A stretch of 64,000 bases of DNA. Source: Lytechinus pictus (lineage: Eukaryota). The notes under the pieces are model-generated. The model made no database searches. It saw nothing but the letters and a program-made list of their open reading frames with translations, and was not told where the DNA came from. Location of the stretch: the NCBI RefSeq assembly GCF_037042905.1, contig NC_087251.1:3536001-3600000 (forward strand). The letters run 5' to 3'. A program made the position numbers and the translations under genes. Positions 12,601-28,299 of this stretch are shown here, piece after piece; the first letter of the stretch is position 1; every line of letters begins with the position of its first letter.

Positions 12601-15600
12601 AATAAAATCCTGATTTCGATTAGCGGCGAATTTATTACCAGACCAAAGCGGAATTGTTTGAATACACGTACATAATATAGCACGCCATAATAGCAAGTGC
12701 CGTATTTTCGTCAATGCACCCCCACCTTTCGGGGCATCGTAGACCCCGTCCCCCTTTTCTGTGCACCAATGTTCACCCCTAGATCGATGAAGTGATTAAT
12801 AAAGATCAATTTGGTTGATTTTCAAGAAATAAAATCGTGATTTCGATTAGCGGCGAATTTATTACCAGACCAAACCGGAATTGTTTGAATACACGTACAT
12901 AATATAGCACGCCATAATAGCAAGTGCCGTATTTTCGTCAATGCACCCCCACCTTTCGGGGCATCGTAGACCCCGTCCCCCTTTTCTGTGCACCAATGTT
13001 CACCCCTAGATCGATGAAGTGATTAATAAAGATCAATTTGGTTGATTTTCAAGAAATAAAATCGTGATTTCGATTAGCGGCGAATTTATTACCAGACCAA
13101 AGCGGAATTGTTGGAATACACGTACATAATATAGCACGCCATAATAGCAAGTGCCGTATTTTCGTCAATGCACCCCCACCTTTCGGTGCATCGTAGACCC
13201 CGTCCCGCTTTTCTGTGCACCAATGTTCACCCCTAGATCGATGAAGTGATTAATAAAGATCAATTTGGTTGATTTTCAAGAAATAAAATCCTGATTTCGA
13301 TTAGCGGCGAATTTATTACCAGACCAAACCGGAATTGTTGGAATACACGTACATAATATAGCACGCCATAATAGCAAGCGCCGTATTTTCGTCAATGCAC
13401 CCCCACCTTTCGGGGCATCGTAGACCCCGTCCTCTTTTTCTGTGCACCAATGTTCACCCCTAGATCGATGAAGTGATTAATAAAGATCAATTTGGTTGAT
13501 TTTCAAGAAATAAAATCGTGATTTCGATTAGCGGCGAATTTATTACCAGACCAAACCGGAATTGTTGGAATACACGTACATAATATAGCACGCCATAATA
13601 GCAAGCGCCGTATTTTCGTCAATGCACCCCCACCTTTCGGGGCATCGTAGACCCCGTCCTCTTTTTCTGTGCACCAATGTTCACCCCTAGATCGATGAAC
13701 TGATTAATAAAGATCAATTTGGTTGATTTTCAAGAAATAAAATCGTGATTTCGATTAGCGGCGAATTTATTACCAGACCAAAGCGGAATTGTTGGAATAC
13801 ACGTACATAATATAGCACGCCATAATAGCAAGTGCCGTATTTTCGTCAATGCACCCCCACCTTTCGGGGCATCGTAGACCCCGTCCCCCTTTTCTGTGCA
13901 CCAATGTTCACCCCTAGATCGATGTAGTGATTAATAAAGATCAATTTGGTTGATTTTCAAGAAATAAAATCCTGATTTCGATTAGCGGCGAATTTATTAC
14001 CAGACCAAAGCGGAATTGTTGGAATACACGTACATAATATAGCACGCCATAATAGCAAGTGCCGTATTTTCGTCAATGCACCCCCACCTTTCGGGGCATC
14101 GTAGACCCCGTCCCCCTTTTCTGTGCACCAATGTTCACCCCTAGATCGATGGAGTGATTAATAAAGATCAATTTGGTTGATTTTCAAGAAATAAAATCCT
14201 GATTTCGATTAGCGGCGAATTTATTACCAGACCAAACCGGAATTGTTGGAATACACGTACATAATATAGCACGCCATAATAGCAAGCGCCGTATTTTCGT
14301 CAATGCACCCCCACCTTTCGGGGCATCGTAGACCCCGTCCTCTTTTTCTGTGCACCAATGTTCACCCCTAGATCGATGAAGTGATTAATAAAGATCAATT
14401 TGGTTGATTTTCAAGAAATAAAATCGTGATTTCGATTAGCGGCGAATTTATTACCAGACCAAAGCGGAATTGTTGGAATACACGTACATAATATAGCACG
14501 CCATAATAGCAAGTGCCGTATTTTCGTCAATGCACCCCCACCTTTCGGGGCATCGTAGACCCCGTCCCCCTTTTCTGTGCACCAATGTTCACCCCTAGAT
14601 CGATGAACTGATTAATAAAGATCAATTTGGTTGATTTTCAAGAAATAAAATCCTGATTTCGAATAGCGGCGAATTTATTACCAGACCAAAGCGGAATTGT
14701 TTGAATACACGTACATAATATAGCACGCCATAATAGCAAGTGCCGTATTTTCGTCAATGCACCCCCACCTTTCGGGGCATCGTAGACCCCGTCCCCCTTT
14801 TCTGTGCACCAATGTTCACCCCTAGATCGATGGAGTGATTAATAAAGATCAATTTGGTTGATTTTCAAGAAATAAAATCCTGATTTCGATTAGCGGCGAA
14901 TTTATTACCAGACCAAACCGGAATTGTTGGAATACACGTACATAATATAGCACGCCATAATAGCAAGCGCCGTATTTTCGTCAATGCACCCCCACCTTTC
15001 GGGGCATCGTAGACCCCGTCCTCTTTTTCTGTGCACCAATGTTCACCCCTAGATCGATGAAGTGATTAATAAAGATCAATTTGGTTGATTTTCAAGAAAT
15101 AAAATCGTGATTTCGATTAGCGGCGAATTTATTACCAGACCAAAGCGGAATTGTTGGAATACACGTACATAATATAGCACGCCATAATAGCAAGTGCCGT
15201 ATTTTCGTCAATGCACCCCCACCTTTCGGGGCATCGTAGACCCCGTCCCCCTTTTCTGTGCACCAATGTTCACCCCTAGATCGATGAACTGATTAATAAA
15301 GATCAATTTGGTTGATTTTCAAGAAATAAAATCCTGATTTCGAATAGCGGCGAATTTATTACCAGACCAAAGCGGAATTGTTTGAATACACGTACATAAT
15401 ATAGCACGCCATAATAGCAAGTGCCGTATTTTCGTCAATGCACCCCCACCTTTCGGGGCATCGTAGACCCCGTCCCCCTTTTCTGTGCACCAATGTTCAC
15501 CCCTAGATCGATGAAGTGATTAATAAAGATCAATTTGGTTGATTTTCAAGAAAAAAAATCCTGATTTCGATTAGCGGCGAATTTATTACCAGACCAAAGC

Positions 15601-18600
15601 GGAATTGTTGGAATACACGTACATAATATAGCACGCCATAATAGCAAGTGCCGTATTTTCGTCAATGCACCCCCACCTTTCGGGGCATCGTAGACCCCGT
15701 CCCCCTTTTCTGTGCACCAATGTTCACCCCTAGATCGATGAAGTGATTAATAAAGATCAATTTGGTTGATTTTCAAGAAATAAAATCGTGATTTCGATTA
15801 GCGGCGAATTTATTACCAGACCAAACCGGAATTGTTTGAATACACGTACATAATATAGCACGCCATAATAGCAAGTGCCGTATTTTCGTCAATGCACCCC
15901 CACCTTTCGGGGCATCGTAGACCCCGTCCCCCTTTTCTGTGCACCAATGTTCACCCCTAGATCGATGAAGTGATTAATAAAGATCAATTTGGTTGATTTT
16001 CAAGAAATAAAATCCTGATTTCGATTAGCGGCGAATTTATTACCAGACCAAAGCGGAATTGTTTGAATACACGTACATAATATAGCACGCCATAATAGCA
16101 AGTGCCGTATTTTCGTCAATGCACCCCCACCTTTCGGGGCATCGTAGACCCCGTCCCCCTTTTCTGTGCACCAATGTTCACCCCTAGATCGATGGAGTGA
16201 TTAATAAAGATCAATTTGGTTGATTTTCAAGAAATAAAATCCTGATTTCGATTAGCGGCGAATTTATTACCAGACCAAACCGGAATTGTTGGAATACACG
16301 TACATAATATAGCACGCCATAATAGCAAGCGCCGTATTTTCGTCAATGCACCCCCACCTTTCGGGGCATCGTAGACCCCGTCCTCTTTTTCTGTGCACCA
16401 ATGTTCACCCCTAGATCGATGAAGTGATTAATAAAAATCAATTTGGTTGATTTTCAAGAAATAAAATCGTGATTTCGATTAGCGGCGAATTTATTACCAG
16501 ACCAAAGCGGAATTGTTTGAATACACGTACATAATATAGCACGCCATAATAGCAAGTGCCGTATTTTCGTCAATGCACCCCCACCTTTCGGGGCATCGTA
16601 GACCCCGTCCCCCTTTTCTGTGCACCAATGTTCACCCCTAGATCGATGAAGTGATTAATAAAGATCAATTTGGTTGATTTTCAAGAAATAAAATCCTGAT
16701 TTCGATTAGCGGCGAATTTATTACCAGACCAAACCGGAATTGTTGGAATACACGTACATAATATAGCACGCCATAATAGCAAGCGCCGTATTTTCGTCAA
16801 TGCACCCCCACCTTTCGGGGCATCGTAGACCCCGTCCTCTTTTTCTGTGCACCAATGTTCACCCCTAGATCGATGAAGTGATTAATAAAGATCAATTTGG
16901 TTGATTTTCAAGAAATAAAATCGTGATTTCGATTAGCGGCGAATTTATTACCAGACCAAAGCGGAATTGTTGGAATACACGTACATAATATAGCACGCCA
17001 TAATAGCAAGTGCCGTATTTTCGTCAATGCACCCCCATCTTTCGGGGCATCGTAGACCCCGTCCCCCTTTTCTGTGCACCAATGTTCACCCCTAGATCGA
17101 TGAAGTGATTAATAAAGATCAATTTGGTTGATTTTCAAGAAATAAAATCCTGATTTCGATTAGCGGCGAATTTATTACCAGACCAAACCGGAATTGTTGG
17201 AATACACGTACATAATATAGCACGCCATAATAGCAAGTGCCGTATTTTCGTCAATGCACCCCCACCTTTCGGGGCATCGTAGACCCCGTCCCCCTTTTCT
17301 GTGCACCAATGTTCACCCCTAGATCGATGAAGTGATTAATAAAGATCAATTTGGTTGATTTTCAAGAAAAAAAATCCTGATTTCGATTAGCGGCGAATTT
17401 ATTACCAGACCAAAGCGGAATTGTTTGAATACACGTACATAATATAGCACGCCATAATAGCAAGTGCCGTATTTTCGTCAATGCACCCCCACCTTTCGGG
17501 GCATCGTAGACCCCGTCCCCCTTTTCTGTGCACCAATGTTCACCCCTAGATCGATGAAGTGATTAATAAAGATCAATTTGGTTGATTTTCAAGAAATAAA
17601 ATCCTGATTTCGATTAGCGGCGAATTTATTACCAGACCAAACCGGAATTGTTGGAATACACGTACATAATATAGCACGCCATAATAGCAAGCGCCGTATT
17701 TTCGTCAATGCACCCCCACCTTTCGGGGCATCGTAGACCCCGTCCTCTTTTTCTGTGCACCAATGTTCACCCCTAGATCGATGAAGTGATTAATAAAGAT
17801 CAATTTGGTTGATTTTCAAGAAATAAAATCGTGATTTCGATTAGCGGCGAATTTATTACCAGACCAAAGCGGAATTGTTGGAATACACGTACATAATATA
17901 GCACGCCATAATAGCAAGTGCCGTATTTTCGTCAATGCACCCCCATCTTTCGGGGCATCGTAGACCCCGTCCCCCTTTTCTGTGCACCAATGTTCACCCC
18001 TAGATCGATGAAGTGATTAATAAAGATCAATTTGGTTGATTTTCAAGAAATAAAATCCTGATTTCGATTAGCGGCGAATTTATTACCAGACCAAACCGGA
18101 ATTGTTGGAATACACGTACATAATATAGCACGCCATAATAGCAAGCGCCGTATTTTCGTCAATGCACCCCCACCTTTCGGGGCATCGTAGACCCCGTCCT
18201 CTTTTTCTGTGCACCAATGTTCACCCCTAGATCGATGAAGTGATTAATAAAAATCAATTTGGTTGATTTTCAAGAAATAAAATCGTGATTTCGATTAGCG
18301 GCGAATTTATTACCAGACCAAAGCGGAATTGTTTGAATACACGTACATAATATAGCACGCCATAATAGCAAGTGCCGTATTTTCGTCAATGCACCCCCAC
18401 CTTTCGGGGCATCGTAGACCCCGTCCCCCTTTTCTGTGCACCAATGTTCACCCCTAGATCGATGAAGTGATTAATAAAGATCAATTTGGTTGATTTTCAA
18501 GAAATAAAATCCTGATTTCGATTAGCGGCGAATTTATTACCAGACCAAAGCGGAATTGTTTGAATACACGTACATAATATAGCACGCCATAATAGCAAGT

Positions 18601-21600
18601 GCCGTATTTTCGTCAATGCACCCCCACCTTTCGGGGCATCGTAGACCCCGTCCCCCTTTTCTGTGCACCAATGTTCACCCCTAGATCGATGAAGTGATTA
18701 ATAAAGATCAATTTGGTTGATTTTCAAGAAATAAAATCGTGATTTCGATTAGCGGCGAATTTATTACCAGACCAAACCGGAATTGTTTGAATACACGTAC
18801 ATAATATAGCACGCCATAATAGCAAGTGCCGTATTTTCGTCAATGCACCCCCACCTTTCGGGGCATCGTAGACCCCGTCCCCCTTTTCTGTGCACCAATG
18901 TTCACCCCTAGATCGATGAAGTGATTAATAAAGATCAATTTGGTTGATTTTCAAGAAATAAAATCGTGATTTCGATTAGCGGCGAATTTATTACCAGACC
19001 AAAGCGGAATTGTTGGAATACACGTACATAATATAGCACGCCATAATAGCAAGTGCCGTATTTTCGTCAATGCACCCCCACCTTTCGGTGCATCGTAGAC
19101 CCCGTCCCGCTTTTCTGTGCACCAATGTTCACCCCTAGATCGATGAAGTGATTAATAAAGATCAATTTGGTTGATTTTCAAGAAATAAAATCCTGATTTC
19201 GATTAGCGGCGAATTTATTACCAGACCAAACCGGAATTGTTGGAATACACGTACATAATATAGCACGCCATAATAGCAAGCGCCGTATTTTCGTCAATGC
19301 ACCCCCACCTTTCGGGGCATCGTAGACCCCGTCCTCTTTTTCTGTGCACCAATGTTCACCCCTAGATCGATGAAGTGATTAATAAAGATCAATTTGGTTG
19401 ATTTTCAAGAAATAAAATCGTGATTTCGATTAGCGGCGAATTTATTACCAGACCAAACCGGAATTGTTGGAATACACGTACATAATATAGCACGCCATAA
19501 TAGCAAGCGCCGTATTTTCGTCAATGCACCCCCACCTTTCGGGGCATCGTAGACCCCGTCCTCTTTTTCTGTGCACCAATGTTCACCCCTAGATCGATGA
19601 ACTGATTAATAAAGATCAATTTGGTTGATTTTCAAGAAATAAAATCGTGATTTCGATTAGCGGCGAATTTATTACCAGACCAAAGCGGAATTGTTGGAAT
19701 ACACGTACATAATATAGCACGCCATAATAGCAAGTGCCGTATTTTCGTCAATGCACCCCCACCTTTCGGGGCATCGTAGACCCCGTCCCCCTTTTCTGTG
19801 CACCAATGTTCACCCCTAGATCGATGTAGTGATTAATAAAGATCAATTTGGTTGATTTTCAAGAAATAAAATCCTGATTTCGATTAGCGGCGAATTTATT
19901 ACCAGACCAAAGCGGAATTGTTGGAATACACGTACATAATATAGCACGCCATAATAGCAAGTGCCGTATTTTCGTCAATGCACCCCCACCTTTCGGGGCA
20001 TCGTAGACCCCGTCCCCCTTTTCTGTGCACCAATGTTCACCCCTAGATCGATGGAGTGATTAATAAAGATCAATTTGGTTGATTTTCAAGAAATAAAATC
20101 CTGATTTCGATTAGCGGCGAATTTATTACCAGACCAAACCGGAATTGTTGGAATACACGTACATAATATAGCACGCCATAATAGCAAGCGCCGTATTTTC
20201 GTCAATGCACCCCCACCTTTCGGGGCATCGTAGACCCCGTCCTCTTTTTCTGTGCACCAATGTTCACCCCTAGATCGATGAAGTGATTAATAAAGATCAA
20301 TTTGGTTGATTTTCAAGAAATAAAATCGTGATTTCGATTAGCGGCGAATTTATTACCAGACCAAAGCGGAATTGTTGGAATACACGTACATAATATAGCA
20401 CGCCATAATAGCAAGTGCCGTATTTTCGTCAATGCACCCCCACCTTTCGGGGCATCGTAGACCCCGTCCCCCTTTTCTGTGCACCAATGTTCACCCCTAG
20501 ATCGATGAACTGATTAATAAAGATCAATTTGGTTGATTTTCAAGAAATAAAATCCTGATTTCGAATAGCGGCGAATTTATTACCAGACCAAAGCGGAATT
20601 GTTTGAATACACGTACATAATATAGCACGCCATAATAGCAAGTGCCGTATTTTCGTCAATGCACCCCCACCTTTCGGGGCATCGTAGACCCCGTCCCCCT
20701 TTTCTGTGCACCAATGTTCACCCCTAGATCGATGAACTGATTAATAAAGATCAATTTGGTTGATTTTCAAGAAATAAAATCCTGATTTCGAATAGCGGCG
20801 AATTTATTACCAGACCAAAGCGGAATTGTTTGAATACACGTACATAATATAGCACGCCATAATAGCAAGCGCCGTATTTTCGTCAATGCACCCCCACCTT
20901 TCGGGGCATCGTAGACCCCGTCCTCTTTTTCTGTGCACCAATGTTCACCCCTAGATCGATGAAGTGATTAATAAAGATCAATTTGGTTGATTTTCAAGAA
21001 ATAAAATCCTGATTTCGATTAGCGGCGAATTTATTACCAGACCAAAGCGGAATTGTTGGAATACACGTACATAATATAGCACGCCATAATAGCAAGTGCC
21101 GTATTTTCGTCAATGCACCCCCACCTTTCGGGGCATCGTAGACCCCGTCCCCCTTTTCTGTGCACCAATGTTCACCCCTAGATCGATGAAGTGATTAATA
21201 AAGATCAATTTGGTTGATTTTCAAGAAAAAAAATCCTGATTTCGATTAGCGGCGAATTTATTACCAGACCAAAGCGGAATTGTTTGAATACACGTACATA
21301 ATATAGCACGCCATAATAGCAAGTGCCGTATTTTCGTCAATGCACCCCCACCTTTCGGGGCATCGTAGACCCCGTCCCCCTTTTCTGTGCACCAATGTTC
21401 ACCCCTAGATCGATGAAGTGATTAATAAAGATCAATTTGGTTGATTTTCAAGAAATAAAATCCTGATTTCGATTAGCGGCGAATTTATTACCAGACCAAA
21501 CCGGAATTGTTTGAATACACGTACATAATATAGCACGCCATAATAGCAAGTGCCGTATTTTCGTCAATGCACCCCCACCTTTCGGGGCATCGTAGACCCC

Positions 21601-24600
21601 GTCCCCCTTTTCTGTGCACCAATGTTCACCCCTAGATCGATGAAGTGATTAATAAAGATCAATTTGGTTGATTTTCAAGAAATAAAATCGTGATTTCGAT
21701 TAGCGGCGAATTTATTACCAGACCAAAGCGGAATTGTTGGAATACACGTACATAATATAGCACGCCATAATAGCAAGTGCCGTATTTTCGTCAATGCACC
21801 CCCACCTTTCGGGGCATCGTAGACCCCGTCCCCCTTTTCTGTGCACCAATGTTCACCCCTAGATCGATGAAGTGATTAATAAAGATCAATTTGGTTGATT
21901 TTCAAGAAATAAAATCGTGATTTCGATTAGCGGCGAATTTATTACCAGACCAAAGCGGAATTGTTGGAATACACGTACATAATATAGCACGCCATAATAG
22001 CAAGTGCCGTATTTTCGTCAATGCACCCCCACCTTTCGGGGCATCGTAGACCCCGTCCCCCTTTTCTGTGCACCAATGTTCACCCCTAGATCGATGAACT
22101 GATTAATAAAGATCAATTTGGTTGATTTTCAAGAAATAAAATCCTGATTTCGAATAGCGGCGAATTTATTTCCAGACCAAAGCGGAATCGTTTGAATACA
22201 CGTACATAATATAGCACGCCATAATAGCAAATGCCGTATTTTCGTCAATGCACCCCCACCTTTCGGGGCATCGTAGACCCCGTCCCCCTTTTCTGTGCAC
22301 CAATGTTCACCCCTAGATCGATGAACTGATTAATAAAGATCAATTTGGTTGATTTTCAAGAAATAAAATCGTGATTTCGATTAGCGGCGAATTTATTACC
22401 AGACCAAAGCGGAATTGTTGGAATACACGTACATAATATAGCACGCCATAATAGCAAGTGCCGTATTTTCGTCAATGCACCCCCACCTTTCGGGGCATCG
22501 TAGACCCCGTCCCCCTTTTCTGTGCACCAATGTTCACCCCTAGATCGATGAAGTGATTAATAAAGATCAATTTGGTTGATTTTCAAGAAATAAAATCCTG
22601 ATTTCGATTAGCGGCGAATTTATTACCAGACCAAACCGGAATTGTTGGAATACACGTACATAATATAGCACGCCATAATAGCAAGCGCCGTATTTTCGTC
22701 AATGCACCCCCACCTTTCGGGGCATCGTAGACCCCGTCCTCTTTTTCTGTGCACCAATGTTCACCCCTAGATCGATGAAGTGATTAATAAAGATCAATTT
22801 GGTTGATTTTCAAGAAATAAAATCGTGATTTCGATTAGCGGCGAATTTATTACCAGACCAAACCGGAATTGTTGGAATACACGTACATAATATAGCACGC
22901 CATAATAGCAAGCGCCGTATTTTCGTCAATGCACCCCCACCTTTCGGGGCATCGTAGACCCCGTCCCCCTTTTCTGTGCACCAATGTTCACCCCTAGATC
23001 GATGAACTGATTAATAAAGATCAATTTGGTTGATTTTCAAGAAATAAAATCGTGATTTCGATTAGCGGCGAATTTATTACCAGACCAAAGCGGAATTGTT
23101 GGAATACACGTACATAATATAGCACGCCATAATAGCAAGTGCCGTATTTTCGTCAATGCACCCCCACCTTTCGGGGCATCGTAGACCCCGTCCCCCTTTT
23201 CTGTGCACCAATGTTCACCCCTAGATCGATGTAGTGATTAATAAAGATCAATTTGGTTGATTTTCAAGAAATAAAATCCTGATTTCGATTAGCGGCGAAT
23301 TTATTACCAGACCAAAGCGGAATTGTTTGAATACACGTACATAATATAGCACGCCATAATAGCAAGTGCCGTATTTTCGTCAATGCACCCCCACCTTTCG
23401 GGGCATCGTAGACCCCGTCCCCCTTTTCTGTGCACCAATGTTCACCCCTAGATCGATGAAGTGATTAATAAAGATCAATTTGGTTGATTTTCAAGAAATA
23501 AAATCCTGATTTCGATTAGCGGCGAATTTATTACCAGACCAAAGCGGAATTGTTGGAATACACGTACATAATATAGCACGCCATAATAGCAAGTGCCGTA
23601 TTTTCGTCAATGCACCCCCACCTTTCGGGGCATCGTAGACCCCGTCCCCCTTTTCTGTGCACCAATGTTCACCCCTAGATCGATGAACTGATTAATAAAG
23701 ATCAATTTGGTTGATTTTCAAGAAATAAAATCCTGATTTCGAATAGCGGCGAATTTATTACCAGACCAAAGCGGAATTGTTTGAATACACGTACATAATA
23801 TAGCACGCCATAATAGCAAGTGCCGTATTTTCGTCAATGCACCCCCACCTTTCGGGGCATCGTAGACCCCGTCCCCCTTTTCTGTGCACCAATGTTCACC
23901 CCTAGATCGATGAATTGATTAATAAAGATCAATTTGGTTGATTTTCAAGAAAAAAAATCCTGATTTCGATTAGCGGCGAATTTATTACCAGACCAAAGCG
24001 GAATTGTTTGAATACACGTACATAATATAGCACGCCATAATAGCAAGTGCCGTATTTTCGTCAATGCACCCCCACCTTTCGGGGCATCGTAGACCCCGTC
24101 CCTCTTTTCTGTGCACCAATGTTCACCCCTAGATCGATGAAGTGATTAATAAAGATCAATTTGGTTGATTTTCAAGAAATAAAATCCTGATTTAGATTAG
24201 CGGCGAATTTATTACCAGACCAAAGCGGAATTGTTTGAATACACGTACATAATATAGCACGCCATAATAGCAAGTGCCGTATTTTCGTCAATGCACCCCC
24301 ACCTTTCGGGGCATCGTAGACCCCGTCCCCCTTTTCTGTGCACCAATGTTCACCCCTAGATCGATGAAGTGATTAATAAAGATCAATTTGGTTGATTTTC
24401 AAGAAATAAAATCCTGATTTCGATTAGCGGCGAATTTATTACCAGACCAAAGCGGAATTGTTTGAATACACGTACATAATATAGCACGCCATAATAGCAA
24501 GTGCCGTATTTTCGTCAATGCACCCCCACCTTTCGGGGCATCGTAGACCCCGTCCCCCTTTTCTGTGCACCAATGTTCACCCCTAGATCGATGAAGTGAT

Positions 24601-27420
24601 TAATAAAGATCAATTTGGTTGATTTTCAAGAAATAAAATCCTGATTTCGATTAGCGGCGAATTTATTACCAGACCAAACCGGAATTGTTGGAATACACGT
24701 ACATAATATAGCACGCCATAATAGCAAGCGCCGTATTTTCGTCAATGCACCCCCACCTTTCGGGGCATCGTAGACCCCGTCCTCTTTTTCTGTGCACCAA
24801 TGTTCACCCCTAGATCGATGAAGTGATTAATAAAAATCAATTTGGTTGATTTTCAAGAAATAAAATCGTGATTTCGATTAGCGGCGAATTTATTACCAGA
24901 CCAAAGCGGAATTGTTTGAATACACGTACATAATATAGCACGCCATAATAGCAAGTGCCGTATTTTCGTCAATGCACCCCCACCTTTCGGGGCATCGTAG
25001 ACCCCGTCCCCCTTTTCTGTGCACCAATGTTCACCCCTAGATCGATGAAGTGATTAATAAAGATCAATTTGGTTGATTTTCAAGAAATAAAATCCTGATT
25101 TCGATTAGCGGCGAATTTATTACCAGACCAAACCGGAATTGTTGGAATACACGTACATAATATAGCACGCCATAATAGCAAGCGCCGTATTTTCGTCAAT
25201 GCACCCCCACCTTTCGGGGCATCGTAGACCCCGTCCTCTTTTTCTGCGCACCAATGTTCACCCCTAGATCGATGAAGTGATTAATAAAGATCAATTTGGT
25301 TGATTTTCAAGAAATAAAATCGTGATTTCGATTAGCGGCGAATTTATTACCAGACCAAAGCGGAATTGTTGGAATACACGTACATAATATAGCACGGCAT
25401 AATAGCAAGTGCCGTATTTTCGTCAATGCACCCCCACCTTTCGGGGCATCGTAGACCCCGTCCCCCTTTTCTGTGCACCAATGTTCACCCCTAGATCGAT
25501 GAAGTGATTAATAAAGATCAATTTGGTTGATTTTCAAGAAATAAAATCCTGATTTCGATTAGCGGCGAATTTATTACCAGACCAAACCGGAATTGTTTGA
25601 ATACACGTACATAATATAGCACGCCATAATAGCAAGTGCCGTATTTTCGTCAATGCACCCCCACCTTTCGGGGCATCGTAGACCCCGTCCCCCTTTTCTG
25701 TGCACCAATGTTCACCCCTAGATCGATGAAGTGATTAATAAAGATCAATTTGGTTGATTTTCAAGAAAAAAAATCCTGATTTCGATTAGCGGCGAATTTA
25801 TTACCAGACCAAAGCGGAATTGTTTGAATACACGTACATAATATAGCACGCCATAATAGCAAGTGCCGTATTTTCGTCAATGCACCCCCACCTTTCGGGG
25901 CATCGTAGACCCCGTCCCCCTTTTCTGTGCACCAATGTTCACCCCTAGATCGATGAAGTGATTAATAAAGATCAATTTGGTTGATTTTCAAGAAATAAAA
26001 TCCTGATTTCGATTAGCGGCGAATTTATTACCAGACCAAACCGGAATTGTTGGAATACACGTACATAATATAGCACGCCATAATAGCAAGCGCCGTATTT
26101 TCGTCAATGCACCCCCACCTTTCGGGGCATCGTAGACCCCGTCCTCTTTTTCTGTGCACCAATGTTCACCCCTAGATCGATGAAGTGATTAATAAAGATC
26201 AATTTGGTTGATTTTCAAGAAATAAAATCGTGATTTCGATTAGCGGCGAATTTATTACCAGACCAAAGCGGAATTGTTGGAATACACGTACATAATATAG
26301 CACGCCATAATAGCAAGTGCCGTATTTTCGTCAATGCACCCCCACCTTTCGGGGCATCGTAGACCCCGTCCCCCTTTTCTGTGCACCAATGTTCACCCCT
26401 AGATCGATGAAGTGATTAATAAAGATCAATTTGGTTGATTTTCAAGAAATAAAATCGTGATTTCGATTAGCGGCGAATTTATTACCAGACCAAACCGGAA
26501 TTGTTTGAATACACGTACATAATATAGCACGCCATAATAGCAAGTGCCGTATTTTCGTCAATGCACCCCCACCTTTCGGGGCATCGTAGACCCCGTCCCC
26601 CTTTTCTGTGCACCAATGTTCACCCCTAGATCGATGAAGTGATTAATAAAGATCAATTTGGTTGATTTTCAAGAAATAAAATCGTGATTTCGATTAGCGG
26701 CGAATTTATTACCAGACCAAACCGGAATTGTTTGAATACACGTACATAATATAGCACGCCATAATAGCAAGTGCCGTATTTTCGTCAATGCACCCCCACC
26801 TTTCGGGGCATCGTAGACCCCGTCCCCCTTTTCTGTGCACCAATGTTCACCCCTAGATCGATGAAGTGATTAATAAAGATCAATTTGGTTGATTTTCAAG
26901 AAATAAAATCGTGATTTCGATTAGCGGCGAATTTATTACCAGACCAAAGCGGAATTGTTGGAATACACGTACATAATATAGCACGCCATAATAGCAAGTG
27001 CCGTATTTTCGTCAATGCACCCCCACCTTTCGGGGCATCGTAGACCCCGTCCCCCTTTTCTGTGCACCAATGTTCACCCCTAGATCGATGAACTGATTAA
27101 TAAAGATCAATTTGGTTGATTTTCAAGAAATAAAATCCTGATTTCGAATAGCGGCGAATTTATTTCCAGACCAAAGCGGAATCGTTTGAATACACGTACA
27201 TAATATAGCACGCCATAATAGCAAATGCCGTATTTTCGTCAATGCACCCCCACCTTTCGGGGCATCGTAGACCCCGTCCCCCTTTTCTGTGCACCAATGT
27301 TCACCCCTAGATCGATGAACTGATTAATAAAGATCAATTTGGTTGATTTTCAAGAAATAAAATCCTGATTTCGATTAGCGGCGAATTTATTACCAGACCA
27401 AACCGGAGTTGTTGGAATAC
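6607..27420 (+). repeat. Satellite array, 227-bp monomer, ~92 highly homogeneous copies
   Basis: The same phase recurs at 6841 and 20461 (13620 = 60 x 227). Copies differ only at a few recurrent substitution sites (e.g. aatcctg/aatcgtg, aaagcgg/aaaccgg, gttgg/gtttg, aagtg/aagcg). Confidence 0.98.
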
Positions 27421-28118
27421 AACTATTAAATTCGTCAATTGAAACAGTAAAATAGCCCTAATTTTTCCGCCACAGTAAAAAAATAGTTCCAAAGTCATTG
27501 ATATATCTTCCCAATTTGGGCAAAGGAAGTTCAGTAGTTACTATTTTTAGAATCAGTGTTAGATTTTTATTGATATTCATGCACTTTTGTTAATCATCAA
27601 TATCATATTATAGAAAAATCGAATGGGTTGGGTCGAACGAATATCTTTTGTATTCTTGCTGTAATTAGTCTAATGGCATCCGTAGTGCGCTTATAATCGT
27701 TCCGATGTATGAATCGCTATATAAATTGGATTACTGAATTTTAATTATTGTTACTTTTATTATCATTCTTATAGATTTCCCTCCAATTTCGTCAATATAT
27801 CAACCGACTTAATGATGTAATAATGCACTTCAACTATTTTGAGTGACCTATGAGATTAGCATTTCAATAGCCAAATTCAATTCCATTTTCTTGGCACGCG
27901 ATTTTATGGTTATCTCGTTTAAACATGTTTAAAGAATTAATGATCAAATTGAAATAGCTGAAGAAATGTTTTCAAATTAGCACTTGTACCCTCCTTGCAA
28001 ACGTGTATGAATTTTTTTTTTTAATCAAAAGATATGGACAATGTTTCGTGTTTTTTATTTTTTACTTCTTTTGAATAGTTATGGAAATGGGTTTCACTTT
28101 GATATTGATCAATGTTTA
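27420..28118 (+). repeat. Inner inverted repeat, left copy (~700 bp, non-satellite)
   Basis: Reverse complement of 30035-30743, roughly 95% identical by eye. The first ~240 bp also match 47775-48010. Confidence 0.92.
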
Positions 28119-28299
28119 CCATTTTACTGATCAATTGATCATCCATCTGACAAACGTTTATCGGACGAACTCCGTTTTGTTTAAATTTCGTAACTATAGA
28201 ATCGACTGTGGTCAATACCATGTTTCTTATAATGACAATTATAAAAAAAAAAAAGAAAAAGAAGAAGATGTTGATAAATAATGCGTTGCATCGACATAA

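Noticed and set aside
6607..27420. CRISPR-like or 5S rRNA/tRNA/snRNA tandem array
   Set aside because: There are no unique spacers and the whole unit repeats. I recognise no 5S, tRNA or snRNA sequence in the monomer (not verified by covariance search).
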